A program made the position numbers and the translations under genes. Of a stretch of 64,000 nt of DNA, positions 50,869 to 60,746 are shown piece after piece; position 1 is the stretch's first letter; each line of letters opens with the position of its first letter. This DNA comes from Macrostomum hystrix (Eukaryota > Animalia > Platyhelminthes): the NCBI GenBank assembly GCA_950097015.1, contig CATNEN010000007.1, positions 3,844,001 to 3,908,000 of the forward strand, written 5' to 3'. The notes below the pieces were generated by a model. That model worked only from the letters and a program-made list of their open reading frames with translations, did no database searches and was not told the DNA's origin.

Positions 50869-51552
50869 TTAAGAAACGCTGCAGCACCTGCAGCCACTGC
50901 TGGTCGAGGCTGCAGCTCTCTTCCTGCCGTTGTCAGGCGATGCATTTTTGTCAACAGCGCCGCTGCCGGGGGTCAGGACGATGGTACAAACACCAGACCG
51001 GTTGTTTTCCTCAGCAACAGCGGCTTTTACCAGGTCAGATGGCCTCGCTGTCAGCTGGGTGCAGTTGCAGTTGGCATACACACAACAGTCTGCCACCTTT
51101 GAGTCTGTATCAGAGGCTGCACTGTCCACATTTTCCTCAGCAACTCGCAGAACTCGGAGTAGGCACTCAGCTAGCAGGACGCTGTCGCTACACGATGTAG
51201 CATCGTCAGGCATAGAGATCTCGTTCGTGCCGGTCTCCGAACGGCAGAGACTGTCGGCAATTGACGCCTGGTGCCTCATTTGAGCAGCCACTTGAACAGA
51301 GGCAGCGGGTGTCAGTCGTGGACGTCGCAACGTTGATTGTGCTGAAGGGGGATTGCTAGAGTCAATATCGGCAGCACCACAGTTAAAATTGCCACCAGAA
51401 GCTCTGGTAGTCACAGTGGTGACCGACGTATGCGGTGAAGAGCCGGTCAGCAACACGGAGGAGACGCCGCCGAAGGACGAGTTGGCGTCCGAGAACACTG
51501 CGCCGCTGATGAGACCGGTAAGATCGCTGAAGGAGCCAGACATTGGGTCCAT
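50869..51552 (-). CDS. Putative 227-aa Ser/Ala-rich orphan protein, single coding exon
   Basis: ATG-initiated stop-free ORF forming a GC-rich island in AT-rich flanks, preceded by a pyrimidine tract and AG; no recognisable domain. Confidence 0.55.
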   Translation of the reverse strand: MDPMSGSFSDLTGLISGAVFSDANSSFGGVSSVLLTGSSPHTSVTTVTTRASGGNFNCGAADIDSSNPPSAQSTLRRPRLTPAASVQVAAQMRHQASIADSLCRSETGTNEISMPDDATSCSDSVLLAECLLRVLRVAEENVDSAASDTDSKVADCCVYANCNCTQLTARPSDLVKAAVAEENNRSGVCTIVLTPGSGAVDKNASPDNGRKRAAASTSSGCRCCSVS

Positions 51553-52743
51553 GATGCTGAGCTAAATGGCTCTTGGATGGAGGAAAGCAGGGAATGCAAA
51601 GTAAAACCTGTCGGGAACTCTCCAACTGACTTTGGTATGCGAGACGAACCTCCAGGGCTTCGTATTTATACTCGCAGCCGTGCCAGCCAGATCAGTTAGC
51701 ACGTGCATCTGATCAGCAGCAGCAACAAAGCATAGCGGAGAATGCATGCCTTGCGTGAGTCGGAGCACGTGTTTTGACCAAAAAGTATTCATTCGCAATC
51801 ATTATTGAGTGGAATCGCTCTAATTGGTGCAGTGAGCAATTTTTTCTTAACTGCACGCCTCGACACAGTGCATGGCTGATGCAAGCGGCATGTCAATCGA
51901 TGGGAGAGAGAGCCATTTATTTTGTACATCGTGCGCCCATCTGTCCATATTTAGATATAGGGAGCGACAAGCTAGAACTCGAAGATGCCATCATCAATCA
52001 TCGATTCTTGCAGATAAGTTTGATCTCTGCGATTGCACAGGCTTCCATTAAAATATGAGCTGATTGAGACACGTTTCATCACACAAACTGCACACTGCCG
52101 TCGAATCACTCATTTTTGGTGTACACTAATTTGATGTTCAAATTAATGATTCAAATAAATACATTTAAAAGAATCCACAATCGTGTTTTCCAGCCTAGCT
52201 TGATGGCGTGTGAACGAGCATTGGACATACTTCACATAATTTGACATGCTTTATAAACTATGCTAGTACATTCGAGAATGAATGATATGTACAGTAATTA
52301 TAATATGGTAATTTTATAGCGTATGGTATGGAAAAGGCTGATATCCAAATTACGTTTTCCTGAAGACATCGACCACATTATTAAGCAAATGAAAGTTAAG
52401 AGAATTGATTTTTTAATTATTCATCCTCGATGAAAGAAATACAATCTGGGATCGTCTTAAGATGCACCTGCAAGAGTCGCAATTGACACAGGATCACCAG
52501 GAGTTTTAAGATGTAAATAATAGAGTAAAAGTCTTTCCAAATCTCGATAACTATTACAGCTAGCCGGATCGGTTTTTTGAGCTCCATCATGTAGTTTTCC
52601 GTAATGCAACGAGCAGGAAATAGGTGAATACTGAAATTTGCGAGTGGAATCCAATCTTAGTCACAGGCTTTAGAGTTTAGAAGGCTAATTCGGTCATCAG
52701 AGAGAAGTTTTCTGGCTAGATAGCAATCTAGCGAGCTGGTCTC

Positions 52744-55004
52744 CTAGCGCAAACGTGCATCTGGAATCAACGACCGCATCTCCTCATCAGCGCTGTCTTC
52801 CTCTGCCCTCTCTTCTTCGCTGTCCGCGGCTCCGCCGTCCTCGTCGAGCATGATGGGCGCGGCGAGCCGCAGCGACACCAGCCGCGTGTAGGCCAGAGAG
52901 ACGATGCACAGCACAATGTCAATGATGTGTGTAGCGCAGTATCTAGTGTGGCCTTTGTAGCTGCTCTCCTGTGGAACAATCAGCGGCAGCAGGCCAGAAT
53001 GCAGGAGCTGGCGCAGCACCGAGGCGGTGCTCCAGAGGCTGAGCGAAATGCCAACAAGCAAGTCGCGATGCGTTTCCGTCGCGATCGAAAAAACTAGCTC
53101 ATAAACAGCCACCATGGCGAGTATCTCGACCCAGCCGTCAACGAAGCCGGCTAGACTGAAGGCCAGGGCCGGCACCAGCGAGGGCAGCGGGTTGGCTGAA
53201 TATGCTTTAAACGTCAGGTCGCAGGCCAGACAGAAGGCTGCGACTATGGCCCCTAGGGCGATACCCGACAGCAAGCGGGTCTGCGTGATTTGTTTGGGTT
53301 GGGAGTTTTCAGTAGCAGACATAAAATACACATACTTAGCAGGGGCTTAACAAAATGCGAAGCAGAAATCAAAATCTGAATGAAGACTGCCGCTTTACTG
53401 ACTACTAGACAGACATATATCGTATGGTAAGTGTTCTCATGCTAAAGTGAATACCCAGACTTGATAACCTTGCGAATTACGATTTGCCTACTTTCAAAAG
53501 CACAGGCAAAATACTCGTAATTTACAAAAAAGAATTCGTCATCAAGCGGAACTGTTTATCTAAAAAATCCCTACGAAATTGTGTTACTGGCCTTCAGTCC
53601 ATTTAAAAACAGGAGCCCTGGCCAGAAACTATTTTCACGAGATCACCGGTGCAAGATTCCCATACCTGGAAAGTAAGCCTCAGCAAAGTTGACGAACGAA
53701 GCATATTTGAGCCGGAATGCACAGCAATCAGGGTCGACGCCAGCAACATGCTGGCCATGTTGACCATCCTTGGTACGTTCCACTCGTCGAATACACGGCG
53801 AACATCCCGATTGAACTGATCCGTAGCGTTTGCTTTCATATATAGTTTTGCCTCGTTTTGGTATTCCACAATGTGATCATCTTTGAGGTTCACCAGAAAC
53901 AGAGTGAAGGCAGTGAGGATTAGAAAGTAGCGCAACAGGCGTCGCATTGTGGGCAGTTCGAACCTTCGTCGAGCAGTAGGAGCGCCAGCTGCGGACGGGC
54001 TGATTAGGCGAGTAGCGAATACGAAGGTGATGCTGAGTACGACTGCGACCACCCCGATGAGCTCGTGGCTGTGATTGTACCTGGACACAAAATAGGTCGG
54101 GTGTCGAGCGAGTGATCTGTTTTATCTTTAAGTACATGTACAAAGTAACCCTGTGATCCCTATTCCAAGAAGACCAGCTGATCCTTTTCTCTTTGAGTTT
54201 GTGTTTTCGAAAGAATTTACACTTCTCAAAGTCAGTAGACGGAGTAGTTTACTGTGAAAATTGTCAACAGAATGTTCAAGAATTTTTAATGTTACTCGTA
54301 GTTAAGCGGAAATGAGAGTTGCTTAACATACAATTGATGATTTCTATGATAATAATATGATGCCAGAAATGATGATCCTTTCTGTTGCTGAGAGCGATAA
54401 GAGAATTTTATTACCTGAAGATATCAGCCAGCTTCCAGACCCACATATTGAACCAAATTGTACTGGATGAGGCCACGTAGTACATCACTATGGCGAAAGT
54501 CCGACCGCCCTGCGGACCGAAGGATGGTAGCCGACAGTCCGCGAAGGCGGCTAGTAGAGGAGCCAAAACCATCACCATGAAGACAGGATAAGGCAGCCAG
54601 GCCAGGACGTAGGCGACGCGGTTGCAGGCCAGGCCGAGGGCTCGCACCAGGAAGACAGCCAGTGCGGACACAGTCATAGTACAACCGCCAATAGTAAGAA
54701 CCAGGCGACGGTTTCGTGTGGCGCTGGATAGAATTCCACCGATAGCGGACAAAGTGTAGACGTATCGAAACATGTACGCCTTCATAGGATCATCGGGCGC
54801 ACGGTCCATCTCGTAGGAAGATTTCATTCGACACTGCAGGGTTGTTGCTTTCCAGCTGCTGCTTGACCCGTTCACCATCTCGTAGATGTTTGAGTTAAAT
54901 AGAGCGTAGTTAAATGTGACAAACTGGTTGGCCAGTTTCATCAGCACCAGCAGAGCCAGGCTTCTAGCTGGGCTGATTGACGAGCGGAAACTCTGCACGC
55001 GCAT
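52744..55004 (-). CDS. Divergent MFS transporter, SLC15/POT(PTR2)-like, 513 aa; exons 54415..55004, 53666..54080, 52744..53280
   Basis: About 11-12 hydrophobic segments. LTFQTRLLSGIALG and AVYELVFSIATETHRDLLVGISLSL resemble the POT segments LQRIGIG and EFxYxQAPxxMKSxxxG. GT-AG junctions are phase-consistent (1542 nt). The family assignment is tentative. Confidence 0.65.
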
Positions 55005-56616
55005 TTCTATTGATTTCTTTTAATTGAATTTTACAGGTGGTATTCTTCGAAGCTGGGCGGCAAGACGCACCGCTTCACCGCGATAGTCCTAGTGAGCACG
55101 CAAATTTTTTATATCAAATTAGCAAGAGTAAATTTGCAGCCAAGCTTCTTACTCCTTCCTAGCTTTTGGTAGCTTAAACAATTAGGCAGGTAGATAACCA
55201 GAACACTGCTCTCTCGTTTGGTGCCATGAGCTGTTTATATAAAATAGCCACTGTGCAAAGCCCTTCCAATTTATGCGCATGCTATGTGTACACAAAGGCT
55301 TGTTATATTTAGAGTACAGTGAGATAGCTGCACATTCGACCGGATGCTGGCGCCGCTCTAGGCACGGAAATTCGAACTCTCTTGCCGCATCGTGCATTGA
55401 TGGTGGTGAAATAGAAGCTTGTCAAGAGCAATTAATATTGTTGCCCACTGCGTACCAATTAAAGCATTTCGAATAGACGTTATCGCGATTAAATCTAATT
55501 GCAGTCGATTGGTTAACTAAATTTCGAGGTAGGGAATCTTATTATTACGACCATGCCCCCTTCGTCATTTACTCGGTTGGCTGCGGTATGTTTTCCCGCC
55601 TGCTTTCTGCCGATATTTTCCCACCGATTGTCTGCAGACCGCATTGATTCGTCGAAAAGCTATAAGTAAGGACAGATATACATTTATTTTGTTCTCTATT
55701 GTAGAAGAAAAGTAAGCACTGCTGACCATTTGCTACAAAATTGAAACTATACTCAAGGCATTAAAACAATCTAACATTCCTACTGGCGAATGATATAAGA
55801 AACTAATAAGAACACGAGACGCTCATAAAAAAACTACATTTTTAGGGAAATGAAAAACTCAATGTGTTTAACATTGATAGAACTACGGAAGAAAAAAACT
55901 GATCAACTGTTTCAGGGCACCTCATACTGCTCAGACTTGTCTATAGCTGGCGCTGACGTCACAGGAGCAATATTTAGAATAGAAAATCAGTTTGCAGTAC
56001 TGATTTTCAAGACATGGAAACGTTTAGATACAATCGTATTTGCAGCTGTACAGTACCGCACAAGTCTTTATGGAATAATCTTTAAAGACGCGCGCCTTGG
56101 TTTGTTGGCTGGACGGCAACACAAGACAAGGCAAAAGCAGTTTATACGCTTGTACTGTCAGCATCTGCGCCTCTATGGGCACGTCGCCTGGACTTGATTG
56201 AAAGCACACGAAAAGGATTGAAGTACCTCCCGTAGAGCAGAAAGAACAGTATGATATTTGTTCGCTACTTCAAGATCAGCTTTTAAACTGCACCATGTGA
56301 ATGACCTTTGGGTCTGGCAAGATGAATTTAATCGACTAAATTAAATTAAATTAAATTGCTTATTATTGATTAGTAGGGGTAGGTGGTCAATATAAAAAGT
56401 ATTAAGCCCCAGCGAATACTACTCAATACTAATCCACATACAGTAGAGCAAACGGAGCTAAAAAGTTTAGTTATTTACGCAAAAAATGATCGAGACGAAA
56501 AGCAAATGTCCGAAAAATTTAATTTATTTTCATCCATTCATCCAAGGCGCAACAATTGCAGTAAAAGCCTTTATATTTAGACACGCAACGCCTATTGGTC
56601 AGTGAGCAAACAAAGA

Positions 56617-57223
56617 CTACTGAGCGGCAGCATCGGGAGCATCAGCTGACGTTGGCGCCGTCTTCCTGTAAGCGAAGCGCTCAGACTGGCCGCCACCCGA
56701 GCGACCTCCAGCGCGGGGCTGCTCCTCGGTGTCAGCAGCCGCGCCGCCTGCTCCGCGAGGACCCCCGGCGCCGCCACGACGGCTCAATGTGCTGGGCACG
56801 CACTCGGTGGGCAGGTGGAGCTCTTTGCGCAGGTGCTCAATGCCCTCATTGGTTAGAAACCAGTAATAGTGCCGCCAGGCGAATTGTTCACGCACGAAGC
56901 CGCGCGATTTCAGGCTGGTGAGAGCCTTGATCACGTGCAGATTGCGCACGGAGCTCACCTGAGTAGAATGGGATGAATGGGATGCAGTGGGGATCTGGCA
57001 AAAGTGACAGCTGGATTTAGGAACATAGGAAATTGCTGTTCAATACATCAAAACTCGCCTCTAGTCGAGGATTCAGGGGTAAATAAATAATAATTTGCAG
57101 TTGATGATGCTTAATTACCTGGGGATGATTTACATTCGGCCGCGAGTCTTTCTTGGCCACCATGACGCCATCTGAGAACAGTCGCTCATAGACGGCCACT
57201 CGGTCCTTCTTTGGGATCAACAT
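56617..57223 (-). CDS. RPS10: 40S ribosomal protein eS10 (RPS10), 148 aa; exons 57119..57223 and 56617..56958
   Basis: [26 protein letters not shown] and [45 protein letters not shown]. Phase-0 GT-AG intron; AATAAA at 56523-56528 on the minus strand. Confidence 0.95.
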
Positions 57224-59177
57224 ATTCTAGGTTCCAGTTGTGATGTATTATTGGCTGTTGAGCAGAAAGGTGGATATCTACAGCAAGACAAACAGCAAAT
57301 GCAGAATCATAGAAGGACAACAATATAATAACAAAACTGACTCAGATTATGTTTTGAAAGCAATAAATGCTATCAAATTATGTCAATATGAATTGACTAT
57401 ATCAAATGGCCCTTGCTAATCATCTTTTTCAAAAATGAAAAATACTTAAATAAAACAGCTAATTAGCAATAAGGAAAGCCATAGGAGACATGTAGGTAAA
57501 AATTTATTGGACAATACCAATATTACTAATATATCTAGAAATGTAAACATTATATAAATATTCAATGGATGCAATGCAATGAATCATAAAAATAGTCCCA
57601 AATTAGTCCATATACAGATATATGCCATGTAAAGGCCATTTCACATTCAGTCTACTTTACAATAGTATAATAAGTCTTGATTTAAGGTACATATACAATG
57701 ATACATGAATAACAACCTTATATTGTAATGAAACCTGTAGTATATATAAATGTTTACTTGCTTTTTAAAGTGCAATATGAGTGAATTGCTTTTTAATTGA
57801 ATCAGAAATGAAAAATACGTGTAGAATAATTAATATTAACCTACCTTGATCAACTTACAGAAAAAAAATGTAAAATAGTCTGCTGGTATTAAGAGTCACA
57901 ATAAGCAAAATAAGAACCTTATTTTTTGTTCTTTATAGAAAGTTTTACTTCAGACAAAAGGTTTTAAAGGGTCATTGCTTATCATTGGCAAATGCCTACC
58001 AAAAAATTTCATGTTTATTGTTAAGACCTTGATGATTGATGCAGGGAACAAAGAATTGAGCACAGTCATTAGAAAGTAGGTCACAAAATGTTGAATAAGT
58101 AATCTACATTTCATATTTAGTAGGCCTTGATAGATTTAGCTAGCTTGCACTCTAGCTACAACATAAGCCTAACTATAAGCAAGACTAGAATAGGTCTAGA
58201 ATATAATGAAATTATTGATGTTTTTTGTTACCTTCTGCTTGTCAGCTTAGAAAACCATAGGGCCTAGAATCACACAACATTTTGTTCTAGCCTGCATTTT
58301 TGCTTGCAGCCAAGTTGAGGTTTAGGCCTGGCCTTGCTTGCAGGGGGATCCTAGACATTTCATCATCTTACAACTTTGTTATCCACTTGGAAGGTAGGAC
58401 ACTTCGTCACCCAGCCAATTGGCATGCTTTAAAGTTTGGTCAGTATTTGGTCATATTCTAATAACAAGCAATCAAGTTCGTCCTCAATAAAGTGACGGGT
58501 GGGGACATGGGTGGTGAGGCAGAGGTGTGAACACACTTCACACTCTAAATTATCAAAGAGGTGTCAAAACTGATTTCATTATAAGTGTTGAAAGATAGGT
58601 GCCAACATGATGTGAGGGCCATACTATATTTCAGGGCCATACTATATTTCAGGGCCATACTATATTTCATGTCAGCTGACGTGAAATCGGCTGCAACCTC
58701 CGGCGGAGCTGGCGGGCAGATGACTGCAGCCAGTCCATACCGCCCAGGTAGGCCTGGAGTGCCGCGCCCACAAGCTGCGGCAGCCAACTGCAGCCAGGCC
58801 AAAACTCCCAGGGGGCAACGAAGCGAGGCTCGCAGACGAGAGCGACGATGGGAGCGCAACAGGCGGTGCAGACAGAAGCGGAATGCAGCGCAGTCTGCCC
58901 ATGCCAACTGTGGCACAACACCCTGTGTGGTCTGCCGCAAAGCCAGCCGTGCTGCTCGTCGAGCCCTCGCCTGCTCTGCTGCTCAAGGTGCTGAACACCA
59001 AGCTGCCATCCGCGCATCTCGCCGTGCTGCCAGACGTGCGTGCCGCCGCATTCAGCAGCACCCCCTGAGAGCTGAGGCCCAACAGAATTCTTCGAGTGGC
59101 GCCGGGGATTCTGACCACCCAGAGCCCAACAGTCAATGGGCTTGCGCTGTACCACAAGGTGAGCTGAAGCTAGCAAC

Positions 59178-60719
59178 ATGGAATTGTCGAACAACGCTCG
59201 GTCCATCACCGTGGCCGAGGTGCTAGAGGTGGCGAACAGCTCAGCAGGAGGGAAGGCTACTGGCCCGGACAAGGTTCACGTTGAGGCCCTGCGGATCAGG
59301 CAAGTGGCCGAAGCGGTGACGAACATCATGAACCGGGTTCTGGACAGAGACCCAGCCCCAGTCGAGTGGACGACAGCCCACATGGTTGCAATCCCCAAGA
59401 AACCAGGCACCACGCGGAAGGAGGAGCACCGAGGCATCTCCCTGATGTCCTGCGCTGCCAAGCTCTTCAACAAGATCTTTCTGAAGCGGCTGCAGCCAGT
59501 GCTGGACCCATACCTGAGGCCCGAGCAGAATGGGTTCCGGCCACGTCGGGGCACCATCACCCAGATCCTCGCCCTCCGACGTGTCATCGAAGAAGCGCGC
59601 ACTCACCAGGCCACGCTGATCTGTGTCTTTGTAGACTTCCTCAAGGCATTTGACTCCGTGGCGCGCGCTGTCATCCCGCGAGTGCTTCGGGCGTACCATG
59701 CCCCACAGCGTCTTGTGGACGCCGTCATGGCGCTCTACGTGAACACCGTGGCCGCTGTGATGACACCTAACGGGCCGTCGGACTCCTTCCACACGACATC
59801 AGGGGTGCTGCAAGGCGACACGTTGGCGCCCTTCTTGTTTGTGGTGGTCCTTGACTGGGTGCTGCGGCATGCGCTGCCATCAGACGCGGACAGTTTCCTG
59901 CTGCTCAGACGAACGAGCAGCCAACACCTGGAGAGGCGCCTGTCCCTGCTGGGCTATGCCGATGACCTGGCCCTGCTCTCTTCCTCAGTAGAAGGCGCAC
60001 AACGGATGCTCGACCATCTAGTGGCAGTGGCAGCCAGTGTTGGGCTCGTAATCAACACCAAGAAGACGGAAGTGCTGATGGTGCCTGCAGAGCTGCCTGC
60101 AAACATCACCTGCAGCACTAGCGACGGCCAAGCAGTTCCCCTCCCTTGCTGCACCCGCTTCACTCATCTCGGCGGGCTGGTCCCAAGTGCCACAGAAGAT
60201 CTGGCGAGGCGCAGGGGCCTGGCGTGGGGGGCGCTGCAGACTATCCGGCCGGTCCTGCGGAGCGAGACCCTCCCTGATCGACTCAGGGCTCGGCTGTTCC
60301 AGGCGGTGGTCGAGACCGTCCTGATGTACAACGCCGAGACCTGGACGGCCACGGAGGCTCTGGAGAGGCAGCTGGACTTGGCGCACTCGGCCCTGCTACG
60401 CGCGGCCTTTGGCATCCACTTCCCGGAGCGGGTCTCCAACGCCGCCTTTTACTATCGCGCTGGGCTGCACCCACCCAGTGAGACCCTTCGGAGACGGCGG
60501 CTGCAGCTGGCAGGCCATGTGGTGCACGCCGGGGCCTACTGTCCAGAGCCGGCGCAGGACGTCCTGCTGCTGACCATGCAGGGTCCCCTGCGCCGAGGGC
60601 AGGCCAGGATGCACCGCTATGTCGAGTGCCTGCTCGCCGATGCTGGTCTTGGCGAGCATCAAACTTGGACAAGAGCAATCGACAATTTCAGGAAGCTGGC
60701 TCTTCGGCGTGCCTTGTGA
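59178..60719 (+). CDS. Reverse transcriptase ORF (513 aa) of the RTE-type element
   Basis: GKATGPD, IPKK...HRGISLMSCAAKLF, EQNGFRPRRGT, FVDFLKAFDSV, GVLQGDTLAPFLF, catalytic YADD, GLVINTKKTE, RLFQAVVETVLMYNAETW; no stops. Confidence 0.93.
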   Translation: MELSNNARSITVAEVLEVANSSAGGKATGPDKVHVEALRIRQVAEAVTNIMNRVLDRDPAPVEWTTAHMVAIPKKPGTTRKEEHRGISLMSCAAKLFNKIFLKRLQPVLDPYLRPEQNGFRPRRGTITQILALRRVIEEARTHQATLICVFVDFLKAFDSVARAVIPRVLRAYHAPQRLVDAVMALYVNTVAAVMTPNGPSDSFHTTSGVLQGDTLAPFLFVVVLDWVLRHALPSDADSFLLLRRTSSQHLERRLSLLGYADDLALLSSSVEGAQRMLDHLVAVAASVGLVINTKKTEVLMVPAELPANITCSTSDGQAVPLPCCTRFTHLGGLVPSATEDLARRRGLAWGALQTIRPVLRSETLPDRLRARLFQAVVETVLMYNAETWTATEALERQLDLAHSALLRAAFGIHFPERVSNAAFYYRAGLHPPSETLRRRRLQLAGHVVHAGAYCPEPAQDVLLLTMQGPLRRGQARMHRYVECLLADAGLGEHQTWTRAIDNFRKLALRRAL

Positions 60720-60746
60720 CACTGTGAACTTTCCTTTTCACAGTGT
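60719..60746 (+). other. 3'-UTR stem-loop of the RTE element (10-bp stem ACACTGTGAA/TTCACAGTGT, 8-nt loop)
   Basis: Perfect inverted repeat overlapping the last base of the stop codon. Confidence 0.75.

Noticed and set aside
59241-60678. Antisense and alternative-frame ORFs over the RT, SGPP, TMEM131 and channel exons
   Set aside because: Shadow ORFs expected in GC-rich coding DNA; the recognisable motifs lie in the annotated frames.
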